In this document: positions 14,501 to 27,600 of the stretch, one piece after another
How the letters are laid out: the number at the start of each line of letters is the position of its first letter
Numbering within the stretch: position 1 is the first letter of the stretch
Assembly: GCA_051362555.1 (NCBI GenBank)
Contig: CM120642.1
Span: forward strand, 31,372,001-31,436,000
Source: Lingula anatina
Lineage: Eukaryota > Animalia > Brachiopoda
Direction of reading: 5' to 3'
DNA length: 64,000 nucleotides
Program-made: the position numbers and the translations under genes
Notes under the pieces: model-generated
Database searches by the model: none
What the model saw: the letters and a program-made list of their open reading frames with translations, nothing else
What the model was told of the DNA's origin: nothing

Positions 14501-17500
14501 AGGAGGCCCATATGTTAGGAATGCTGTGGTCAACTGGAAAATGTAAAAAGTTATATCCTCCTTATGTTCTCCAACATTATATTGTAAAATGCAAACATTT
14601 CAGTTACCAAAACTTTTGAAGGGCCATGTCCATGATCCGCAATTATAACAGTATTTTATAAATTATCCAAATGACTCAAAATATAATAATTGAAGGGCAA
14701 CATACAACCTACATTTTTAAGTAACACAAAACCTGCCTTGTAACACAGTGACTTAGATATGGTACTCGAGTTTAAACAGGAGTTCAATATAAACTTCCAA
14801 TTTGAAAAATTGGCACCAATGGTAGATGTATAGGTTTTTCTTTCCCTTTCTTATTTCTTTTAGGTTTCCTAACAAAACTACCCTAATTCAAAATAAGGCA
14901 AAATAATTTGGATGCCCATAAAGTTGATATTTTAAGAAAAAGTATCACTTCAAAATTAATTATACTCATAAGTTGCTAATTGTATGTTGCCATATGTTAT
15001 TAAATTGCTTCAGGTAGAGAAGCTGAGAAAAATCTGATTATATCACAATAACATACAAACTTACTTGGTAATAAAATATACACTTAAAAACTGCTACTGC
15101 AACAGTAACACAATCCTAGGATTTGGCAAGTTAGCCATCCAGCTGTCATATGGATGGCTTTTTTGAGGAAAATGCAGTGGGACAGCTTGTTTAAAGTCCA
15201 CACTTTCTACACATGCTATAAATGAGGTTAGTTTCGACAGCCCGTTTCGAAATCCTGACTAAACCCCTGCCATCAGCAAAATAATCAGAGATGCTCTGAC
15301 CTTAGAACCTGCTCCACTGACAGAGAAAAAGTATTCTAGCATTTATCAAAATGTCTTAATTATCATCAATATTGTTTTTTCACCTGTGAGCCTGAGAGAG
15401 TTCCAGTGGAAGTGGAAGTGCTTTGTGAGGTTTTCATCTTTCCTCTTCTTCTCTCTGGAGCTTTCATAGGAGAAAACCCAATGTTGAATGCCACTGCCCC
15501 CATCTGTCTCTTCAGCTGAAAAAAAAAAAACAGAATTTTTCAAATATCAATAGACAATTTTCCATTTTTTTCCCAAAACCATTGGAAGCACGGTTCAAGC
15601 ACCAGTTAACCAAGATCATTACTATAATTACATCTCTCCTGTTTATACAAATTTGGTAACCAAAGTGGTTTCTTTAAGTAATTTGGGGAAATTTGCCAAA
15701 TTGCTGTTATAAACAAAAATGTCTTTCTAGACAAAAATTAAGCCATATTTTTGAGCCAATTTAACAAACAATTCTCTTAAAGATGCATATGAAGTCAATT
15801 TTTTGTCACAAAAACCAACCAAATGCCCACATATAGTTTCAAGTAGTGTAACTAGGAGAAGCTTTCTATGCTGTATATACATGGGCAGAAAAGTAGGTCA
15901 CATATATGGGTTAAAATTCTGACCAAAAAATTAAAGAAAAGAGCTGTCTAAAGCTCTTTTATGGCTGAACGAGTGATTTATTCAGTTTATCCCTTGGCAT
16001 GTCAGCTTTATTTGAGTTGTATAAGAAACTAGTAGAATTGGTTTATATGTGTTGCTGGGAATCCATGCTCCACCAATGCTTGGTTCATATGTACCTTTAA
16101 TACTACATGAAAGTGGTGAAAGTTGTAAAAACCGAAAATCCTGTAAATGTACCTTGCAATTTCTCATCAAATTTAGACCATATGAGAAAACAATCAAAAT
16201 GAAGTCTGAAAATTCTGAAATCAGGCATAATCCCAAAAACTTTCACCCATGTACATATGCTTAAGCTGATATGTAATAGAATTTAACATTGTTTTTTTTT
16301 TTTTAATGAAAAAAGGGACGGTTCCTACCTTTGGTGTTTTGTTTTCCTGGCAGTGTCTACTGATCCTTGGGGTCCTAGCAGGTGCCCTGGGGGAAGTGGA
16401 CTTTCTCCTGGGGGTGTTCTTTCCTCTGTCTGACACCCCTGGGGTAGAGGGTTTTGAGGGCTTTTTCTGGAAACAAAATAACATCTGGCTGTACTTACTA
16501 ATCAAGCAGTATTTATAATGAATAATGCCTCTACCCGTTACCCTTACATTATTTGTTTTCTGGAATCAAAGAGAAAATGGTTGCAAGGACAGCTGGAACA
16601 ACCACTTAATTTCATCTGCTATTAATGTACTGCTGTTTTGCAAAGCAATCAAATTATATGTGTTTCATGAACCATGCAGGGTGCAGAATCATCTTTTCAT
16701 TTCTTTTGGCTACTCAAATTGGGCATGGAAACGTAGGTTCAATTTATACTAAAAGAATAAATAAGAAATACTAGGGTCTGGTCAACCTTTAACCACAACA
16801 GATATACATTTATTCAGTATTAGACAGCTGGTGAGACCCTCAGCTATAAGCTGCAAAGGGCACCATCTTTATCCACTGTAACAAATCTGTATCTGATAAG
16901 CAAAGCATATTTTCCTGCTGCATTATAACGACAAGACTAGTCACCACTTAGCATCCATGTTCATCACGTTTGACATGGCCACCCTGAATTTCGCATTTAT
17001 ATTCCAGTAGGTGCTGGCAGTCTGTTTGCATGTGCAGAGGATGGTGACACACATTGCCACAGTGTTTTCCATGGGGGTTAGCACATTATGTTCAGAAGAT
17101 GTATACTATGAAGCCTATGAAACCTAGGGCATGCAAAGTTGTAGTTAAACTGAAATTTTGAAATCTCCTCAAACGTACCTTCTTCAGATCACTGGCGTTA
17201 TCTCTGTCCCCAGAATGCCTCTTTCTTGTGTTACTAGCTCTGAGACTTCTCTGCAGTCCATCACTGGAAAAGTACAAAGAACAAAGATACTTAGTTTTCC
17301 CAGTTCAGACATTAAACTGATAAATCTACTCAAATGATCCATGTGACTAGCCAGTTATTTTGAACAAAATTATTTAACTAGAAATGGCATAAAAGGACAG
17401 GTTGACCAATGATTAGCTAGTAGCAGAAAAAAGCTTTTTTTAGGAAAATTTGATTAGGCGGGATTAGTTTGTTTTTTTTATTATTATCAAAAGCATAATC

Positions 17501-18982
17501 ATAATTTTCATTCCTCCATTACACAATAATGGTTACCATTCCGTAACAAATTGAGATCTTTAAACAATTAGTGTGTGTGTTTGTGTGCATGCATGTGTGC
17601 TCACACTCATGTGTGCGTAAAGAGTTCAATACAATATTTCTTCTCAATTAAGCAATTTGCTCAAAATGTGAGGAACTCGTATTATATTGTACCTGAAATA
17701 ATTAATGATGACAAAACTGAGCTTCTTGTCACAATTCAGCCACACATTAGAAAGTAAGCTGAGAATATCAGCATGAGAATTGGAGAAAGTGTGGTCAAAG
17801 CATGTCCTAGTGCTAAAAATATCTGTGTTTATCTGTTGACTTTATTTACTGTCAGGCAAATCTCTCACCTGGTGATCATCAAATAGCCATTATCTTAATA
17901 GAGTAACACTGGCTGACCATCTGAGCACATATTCTCTTAAGCTTTTATCCTACGCACATTCATGCTTCTATGGTTTTCCTCCATCTTATCTTTGTGAACC
18001 CGTTTTTTTTTTTTTTTTTCCTGCCTGTCAGTTACAACTCCCATTCACCTGATCATTTGCTTTTAAAACAAGACTGAAAACCTATGATGACAAGACTTTT
18101 ATGGTATCGGCTCCAGTGGAATGGAACATACTGCCTCTCAGTTTACCCAAATAGTGTCAAAAGATGGTTTTTAAAAAAGAACTCAAAGCATATATTTTTC
18201 AGAAATTTTATAAATGAAATTGTTCTAGGTGTAAACAATTAATGTCACTGAAAAATTACCCTTTTATCTAATGTCTTAACTATGGTTTTTACATCTTTTT
18301 TTTTACAAGGAAATTTAACAGCTGAAGTTGTTTTAAGTGTAAAACTATTAATGTAATTTGAAGTGTACCCTTTAATTTGATGTCTTAACTATGGTTTTAA
18401 AGCTTGTTCTTAATACTACAATATTTTAGTATTATATCACTGTAAAGTCTACTGAACATTTAGGGATTTTAGACTTTAAATAAATATCATTATTTTAATT
18501 AAATTTCATACATATATATACATATCCAGACATAAAAGAAAGCCTAAATCTCAAACAGAGAAAACAGAAAACCTCCCACCTGCTCATATTATTATTAAAT
18601 ATAAAGAAAAACCATATTAAATATAAAGAAAAAACCTACCCAACCATAGAGGCGGATGCCCTTCCAGACCTCATCATGTCTTCACTGAGATCACTGGGCT
18701 GCTGCATCAGGGGGTAGGCAGACCTCAGGTGAGGCAGACACAGTGTGTTCCTCCTCTGGAGCTCACTCAGGCTGTCCCAGTCAAAACCCATGTCCACTGG
18801 CTCCTCCGCACACGCAAACAGACTGCCAGCACCTACTGGAATTAGAGGCAGTGATGGTAAACGTGCATGCGTGCATGCGCACATGTGCAAACATGTGTGT
18901 GTGAAATATTGGGGATTTATACTTAATAATATGGTGAACATATACATGATTACTTTTTTTTAAAGTTAAAAATGAAAGAGAG

Positions 18983-19021
<39 letters not shown>

Positions 19022-20763
19022 GAGGGAGAGAGTTTGCTGTCCACATACGTGCTGTAGTCTGTGTTGGACCCAAGGCAGAGCTGGTGGTGCTGTGGCGTTT
19101 GGTTGGGTGACTGCTTCTCAAGGACATCGGGTGCTTGAAACTGTGGTCCATAGAGGTAAAGCTGGATCCCTGGGTGCTGTCATAGCTTTAAGAAAGGTGC
19201 AAAAATGGTGCATGATAAACGCTGTGAGATAATATATAATGCATATCATACAACATGCAAGAATTGAAAATTAAAACAATTAAATCAAAACAGCTTTCTT
19301 TATTAACTTAATATTACCTATTCAACACAAAATATTAAGTGAACTTATATGTTTTGATGCATTTTCTCCTATTCATATAATATACAGATACATAGTTGCA
19401 TGTCTGATATGCTTGTGAAGTGAACCAAACGCATGATACAGGTGTGTTCTAGTCTCACCTGTGTCTGTCTTCCCCACTGGATCCAGTTCTTAAGTCCTCT
19501 AGGGACAGAGGCTTCCTCTCCTCCAGGGAATCATCAAGACAATCTAGAAAATTAAATTTAAACTTAAATTAAATATAAAGCTAATAAAAATATGCACCAC
19601 CTAACATGTTAAAACAGTTCCCAATCATATTTCAAATTGCAGTCCTTTTATCATACTGTGTACATTGAAGAACGAAAAATTTAATGAAACCATAATGTAA
19701 TATAAAAAAATCTAATTTCCTCGTCTGTAAATTAGCCTCAATAATTTTGTGGCTTTATTACAAAACCTTTCAAAAACAGGAAAGTCACAAGAACATATAA
19801 TCTATCACAAAGTAGAAAATCTGATATGCCAATTGCAAATCTATTCCAAAGAATAGAGTGACACAATTCAATGACTGATGCACAAAACACGTGAAAAATT
19901 TTGAGTCTCAAAATGTGATTTTCTAGCATTTTCTAACATGCTAATTCTTTTACTCTACACAGACTAAGATTGAATCCCTTACCCATGCTTTCATTTAAGG
20001 TGGTTTCTGTCCTGAGTGTGCTCTCTGTACTAACTGTGGACTGGTCTTTTTTCTCCTGGTATTCTCGTAGCTGGGTATCAGCAAGTGCCAGCTGAGCCTC
20101 TAGCGACTTCACCTGCATGGCTAGAAAAATGAGAATATAATTGATGACAGGGAAAAGGGGAGTGGGGGTTCTGATAATGAATCTTATCTGATCTAAACCT
20201 TTCATTGTTCAAAACATGAATTTTATATTCTTTAGAACAGAACATTAAAGCAGCAGTCATTAGTTAGCCTGCTATATTCTTGCAAATGCTAAGTATGTTT
20301 ATTCATTTTCATGACTGATTTTTTACTAATCACATTCCCCCATTATCCCCCCCCCCCCCCCCATTACTCATGTCTTACTTAGTCTCTTCATCACAGTTCC
20401 ATCTTCTCTCTGTCTCCGTTGAGCAGCTGACAGCCTCTCATTTTCTTCTACAACTTCCCTGCATCTTCTCTCCTAAAGTTGAAAATTGAAGATGTACCAA
20501 AAAAGCATGATATATAATTTATTTGAGAAAGGCAATATTCCAATTATCGGATGTAAGAACTCTTTTTCTCGTTACTGAATCTTCTGTTACCTAGCAAACC
20601 TATAGATAAAATTCAAAGGATTTTTAATCAAATATCCTCATATTTAGTATATGCACATAGATATACTTATTCATTTAACTATAATTCCAAAATAAATCAA
20701 AAAGTGGGAATAGATAATACTATAAAAAAAAATTATTAACCCTCCTTTCCCCTGAATCCACAC

Positions 20764-20803
<40 letters not shown>

Positions 20804-21620
20804 GCAACTAAAAGGCTGAAGTTGTACATAAAGTGGATTAGAATAAAAATTACAAATTAAAACATTAACACATAATAAAGGATATACAATGAGACTAAAT
20901 GAGTTCAAAAATGAATAAAGCACAAACCTCTTAAAGTTTGATAAAAGCAAACGGGGTAAAATAAACAATATACGATAAAGACCAAGATGAGTTCCAAAAT
21001 AAAACACAGACCACTAAATGTGTGGAAAGGAAAACAGTATTTTTAAAACATTCAGTTCTGAATTTTGGTTCATGCAAATTTGACTGGCCATACCTTTGTT
21101 TTCTGTGTTATTTGCTGGTTAATATGTAATTCAACTTCCTCTCTGACATTTTTTTATTTTCGCAAAGAATGATTCACAGAGTTCTATGCACCCCTCTTTT
21201 AGTGACAAGCTTTACTTTGACTAGGGCATCAGCGTATGGTAACTAAGAGTACTGTGTAATCTGTACACCCCAGGAGAAAATTTGCTGAGACGAGGCAGAA
21301 TTCCACCCCAGTAAACCGCTAGCCCACCCCAAGCCGTTATTTCAATCTGTTAGCTGTTATAACACATACTTCACTGGCTAGCTTCTGTCTGGTGGCAAGG
21401 TGCTCCTGTTCAAGCTGCTGCAGACGCGACTGAAGAGTTTTGCTCATGGCAAAGGCCTGGGACAGCTGTGCCTGCTGGTCTGTTATCAGCTTCCCCTCTT
21501 TCCTCGTGACACGCTGGAATACATGGAATATTCACGTCATTCCAGTAAAACCACTTACCCACCCACTAATACTGCCTTAATATTCCAGTTGGTGCTGGCA
21601 GTCTGCTTGTGCAGAGGAGC

Positions 21621-21667
<47 letters not shown>

Positions 21668-24600
21668 CTTTTTTACGTGCACAAATACATACACTGCTCC
21701 AAGCAGCTTCTTGGAATCAAGAAGGGATTAAGGAACTGTACATGCCTTAGGCATACTTTTATCTACTTTTTTGCATGCATGTATGCACAGCAGAGTAAGG
21801 TTAGCTTTCCATCCATTTCACATTTCAAATCTCAGCTTAAACATGGTTTAACTTAAACAGCCTAACATTTTACTTACTTCTAATTCCCTTTCCAAAGTTT
21901 TGCATTTTCCTTGCGACAAAGTCACTTCATTTTCAGCTATTACAACCTGGAAAAAGAAAAATTTTATAAATTCCTAAATCTTCATAAATTCCAAAATTAA
22001 CAGAGTTTTGTATCATATTTCATCTGGATTATGAAAAAATAGAATCACTTTTGTCATTACAGGATAAACATTGTCACAGGAAGCTATTAACATACCCTGT
22101 GTTTATATGTTTCCAGTTCCTCTTCATATCTCAGCACCTTGTCATCAGCATCATTCAGAAGCTGGTCCTAAAACACAGTATTAGCACTTGTCAAATCAAA
22201 CATGAATGAGGATCTTTTTAAAAAATCCCCAAAATGTGACAAGGAATAAAGATTTGACTACAAAAACCTCAACAGACCAATTTGCAGCATCAAAGGTTCT
22301 ATAAGTATGCAGCATTTAAAGATTTTTGAAGAGACAGGCTTCATTACTCTATAAACATGCAACTTCCAGGCATGACTATATGACATGCAAGTCGCAGTCA
22401 TTCTCTTTTTTTTACCAGATTGAGCATTAAAAGATGAAATGGAAATTTTTACCTGTGTTTTAGCATAGTCAGCCTTGAGCATCTCAATCTCATGTTCCAG
22501 TTCCTCAACTCTCTGTTGCTGGCGTTCCTTCTCTGTCCTCAACTCGCCCTCATACTTCTGCTCCATGTCACACAGCTTCTGATTGGCAAGTAGTTCCGTC
22601 TCTTTCACCAGCTGACCCCTGGCCTCCAAACTGACCTGCATGGTCTTGATCTGACCCACCGCCTGGACATGGCGATCCTTCAGTGTTTTCAAGTCCGTCT
22701 CCAGCTTAGAGAGTTGGGCAGCGTATTTTTCCTCAGTGTGCGAGACCCTCTCGTTGGCCTTGACCTCAGTCTCCTTCAGAACTCTGGTCTTAGTGTCCAG
22801 GATGTTGCGTAGTTGGGAAACCTGGGACTGAGCGCTGGTGTAGTTGTCCTTCATTGTCTTTAGTTCCACCTGGAGCAGGGCCATACTCTCCTTGTGAGAT
22901 TTCTCCATTTTGGTCACCTTTTTGAGGCAGACACTCTCCACTTCTGTCACCTTCTGATTTTTATCATGAAGTTCATTTTGTAGCTGCATTATTTGGGCAT
23001 TTGATGTGCTTTTTAAAGTAGTGATATTCTCTTCTAGCTGCCTAATTATTTGTTCAAGTTGGAGATTTTTCTCCTCAATCTGCATTCTGTTATTATAGCT
23101 TTCTGTAGCCTCTTGTAATTTTTGTTCAACTAACAGCTTCATGTTTTTCAGCTCAAGTTCTTTGTTTTCCAGTAGCTCCTGTATTTCAGCACATCTGTCT
23201 TTTGCTTCATTGCTCAAATTCACCATTTCTTCATCTTTTTCTGATAACTTCCGGCCAGCTGCATGTTGAATTTCTTTAATCTGCTGAGACCTCTCCTCTA
23301 ACAAACCTTGTAAACGTGTTATTTCAGCTTTTGATTCCTCCTTCACATTGTTCACTTCTTTGTCCATCTCTAACAGTTTCAGTTCAGCTGATTTCAGGTC
23401 CTGAGACTTGTTCTCCAAACAACTTTGCATCCGTGAACTCTCAGTCTCAAATTCTTCACACTTGGTTTTATACTGCTTTTCAAGCTGGGTAATTTTTACA
23501 CAGGCCTGCCTGTCAGTGGTTTCAAGCTCCTGACACTTGGTTTGATATTGCTCCTCAAGAGCAGCCATTCTCTCAGAGTCTTGTTTTTCTACAGACTCCA
23601 ATTCTTGGCACTTGCTATGATATTGCACTTCAAGCTCAGCTAACTGTTTCTGAGCCACTTTCAGATCTTCACATTTGATTCTATATTCCTCTCCAAGTCT
23701 GGCCTCTCTTTCTTGCGCGTGTTTCACACAATTCTCCATCTCTTGGCATTTACTGCTGTAATTCTCCTCCATGGTGGACATTCTTTCCAAGGCTTGTTTC
23801 TCAGTCTTTTCAAGCTCATGGCACTTAGCTTGATACTGTTTCTGGAGCTCCATCAGCCCCTCACTGGCCTCCAATTTAGCTGCATTCAGATCATGGCACT
23901 TATTGCCATATTGCTCTTCTAGATCCTGAGTTTGCCTCATTACGATATCCAGCTCATTGCACTTTGCCTCATACTGCTCTTCAAGAGCAGCCAATTTTGC
24001 TGCAGTTTCCTCGTGGGAAATTGTCAGTTCGTGGTATTTGCCTATTTGCTCCTCCAGACTAGACTTGTACTGCTCCTCAAGCTCTGTTATTCTTTCACTG
24101 GTCTGTTTTTCACAAGAGTCCAGCTCTTGACACTTTGCAGCAAATTGTCTTTCAAGTCCTTTAAAACTTTCTCTAGCACGTTTTTCACTGGCTTCCAGTT
24201 CTCTACACATCTCCTCATGTTGTCTCTCAAACACAGCAACCTGTTGCTGGGACACAGCCAGTTCATCACACTTGACATTATATTGTCCTTCAAGGTCAGT
24301 CAACCTCTGAGTGCACTGCTCCTCAGCAGTCCTCAGTTCTTCACATTTGTCTTTGTACTTCTCTTCAAACTCCTGCAATTTCCCTGATGCCTCTTTCTCA
24401 GCTGCCATAAACTCCTGACATTTATCATCAAAGAGTTCCTGTAATTGTCTGTTGTCAGTCTCAGCCTTTGTCAGCCTAGATCTGAGAGATTCCACCTCCT
24501 GGTACAGCTGTGCCATTCTGCACTGATATGTCGTCTGCTCTTCTTTCATCTGAGCCACATAATTCTCCTCAATCTCCATCACCCTTTGATTAGCCTGCTC

Positions 24601-27600
24601 TTCTGTGAAAGCCATCTGCTTGGTGCTTATCTCAAGTTTTTCTTCCAAACGTCTGATCTGGGAGTCTGCCTTAGAGCAGGCTGACTTAAGAGATTCTATC
24701 TCCCGGTGAAGCTGCCCCACTCTCTGTTCCTGACTTTTTTCCCTTTCCTTCATCTCTGCAGTACATCTCTCCCTGATCTCTCTGACATGCTGGTTGTGGG
24801 CAATCTCTGTGTCTCTCATCTGTCGGTTCTTATGCTCCATCTCTTGGCGGAATTTCGTTATCTCCGTCTCTCCTTTGGCTTGACTGGCCTTCAGTATGTC
24901 CAAGGTCTGGTATAGATTAGCCATTTCTTGTTGGAATTCAACTTTCTCCTGTTTCAAGTGCTCAATCTCCAAGTTCTTTTGGTTTGCTAAAATGTCTGCC
25001 TCTTCCAGCTGGCTTGTCTTGGTTTCTACTGCCCCCTTCAGTTTCTCTACTTGTGTCCTGCTGCTTCCCAGCTCCTCCTCCAACTCGATGATCCTCTTCT
25101 CTGTGAAGACGGTCATACACTCACCAACATTATCAATTTGAGCTGGAAAAAAAACAATGGGGAGCAATGACCTTTTATTCTAAACAATCAACTATTGAGA
25201 CATCTGACTATAACAAAATCACAGCAAAATTTAACTAGTGAGATGAAAATATTGAATCACACATTACCTTAAATAAAACTAAATCAAAAGTATACATTTT
25301 ATAACATCTATAAATGACTTCGGTGTTGGGTATTCTGTTAAAAATAAATTGAGATGTTTTTTTATTTATTTACTGAGGACAGATTTATCAAATTTTAACT
25401 CTGTTATTTTCAAATACAACTGAAATATATTTACCATTTTGTGCATTCTCCTTGGCCAAGTGGAGCTCCATGGTGGCTTCATGATAAAGCTTCTGTACTT
25501 CTACCAGCTGCTGCTTCAGTTCTGAGCTCAGACTCTGATACCTGCGCAGCTCCTCTTGCGTGGCCTCCAGAGTGCCCCCTATCTGTGCTTCTTTCTTCAC
25601 CAAGGACTCCATCTTGCCCTGCGTCTGGGACAACAGATCCTGGGTGTGCTTCAGCTGGAATAAAGGAGCAATATGTTTAGACTGTCTTTTTTTCCTTTAC
25701 ACTTCAAAAAGTAAAATATTTAGTTGGAATTACAGTGCTTACCTTTAAGGGTTAGTTTCTCAGTTATTTAATTTGCCAGTTCCACATAAAGTTGATTTTT
25801 CAAATATTGTGACATTTTTAATATGGTGTTTTGAAAATTGTGCTGCATTACCATATCTGAAATCATGTGTCCAAATCAGGATCACAAACATCAATATCAA
25901 CAAAGTTAACACTAAAGAGTGAATACAGGTGTTGTAAATGGAAATCCCTACCTCTCCCGTCAAAAACTCTTTTCGTTTGTAAAGTTCTAAATTTTCCTTT
26001 TCCAGCTGGTTATTTCTCTCCTCTGTTTCATGATGTGAACTTGCCTGCATTCTCAACCTAGCAAACAATGCATTAAATAATTTCTTTTAAATACTGTCAC
26101 CATGTAGCATTTAAAGAGTACAGCTTTTTAAACATTTCTAACATTCTCTAGCAATTAAAAATGACAGGCTATTGGTCAGACAAAATTTTCCGTCAATCAA
26201 TCAAGCAATCAATCAATCAATTTCCAAACTTTGTTCAAAAGTGCATGTTACATGAAAAAGCAAGTGTTGCCTTAAAATGAGCTAATTAAATTAGAACAAA
26301 AACAAAACTTAGAGCTTTCACAAGGCTAATCAATGTATCTAAATGAACCATATCAAGTTAATTAATTACTGAGATAAAAAAGAAAACTGGTTGTCAACTC
26401 AGACTGGGTAGTCCAATACAGATGTCTAACCCTGGAGTTAGTATATTAAAAGGTTGGTCTGGCGATAAGTTAATCTTTGGCCCTTAACAAAGAATTTTTA
26501 GGAGCTGCAACCCCACTCAATCTCTTTCTCACCTTGCTAGCTCTTTCTCCATTTTTACCATATTTTCTCTGAGTGTTGCCATGTTCTCAAGGTCATCTTG
26601 GGCTGCTTGTAACTGCTGCTGTAGATGGGTTATTTCCTTACATCTGGCATCTGAATAAGTTATATAACAATCAAAAGTAAAGCACATCGAGTTCAAGAGT
26701 TTCTCACTAAAAGAATCTTTTGCTAACAACAAGCAATTGAAGCAATTAGATAATTATCTAATTAAAAAAACTGATAAATTGAAATTTCTACATAAAAGTT
26801 AATAGCAAGGTCCTTTTTCTGAAAAATTTCATGACCTATCATAAATAATTTTTAGAATATGTTATGTCAGCATCACCATACCAAATGAAGCAATCTCCCT
26901 GTCTCTTTCCATCAAATCAGCCTGTAGTTCAGTCTTTAAGTGTATCTCTGTATTTAAAAGACTTTCCAAATGCTTTATTTGTAGCTCCTTCTGGTGGAGG
27001 ACTCTCTGCAAGAAACGCAAAAGACAAAAATTACCACATCTTTGTGTACTTTATATAATGCAAGTGGTAAGTTATCAAAGAATCAATAATCTTGTCACTT
27101 AAACTGCAATTGTGTCAAAGCTATACATTTTTACAACACAACTGCATGCATCTCTCACAATTATCACCAGTTTTAACTGATTAAAATTATTATCAATTAT
27201 CAATTTATAATTACCAAGAATAAAGTCAAATTGTTTCTTCCTTACTCATGGCCATTCAACAGATGTTTATAATATCACAATTGACCTCATTCTTAATTTT
27301 AGTGATTTAAGGGTCACACAGACTACAAAGAAACCACTAAAACTTCTTAAATTAACACTTAATTTCTTACCCTGTGAACCAGTTGTGGGGACTCCATCAC
27401 TTGCTGGAAGGGGGTCCCAGGGGAGTTGGTGTATTCTTGGCTTATTGTACGTGTGCTGTTTTTCCTTGATAACGGTTTGGGTGTCCCTATAGCAGAGGAG
27501 TTGCCTGTTGAAAAGAATTTTTTCAAATTAATCATTTAATAAGACTACTGATCTTTATAACTAAGGCAATCTCACAGAATTTTGCACCCCCCCCCCCCTC

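Noticed and set aside
23713-25141. Several plus-strand Leu/Phe-rich ORFs
   Set aside because: Antisense shadows of the NuMA coiled-coil exon.
22258-25167. Myosin tail, golgin or trichohyalin call for the 969-aa ORF
   Set aside because: It splices in frame to flanking exons that carry NuMA-specific N- and C-terminal motifs; the ORF ends are intronic.
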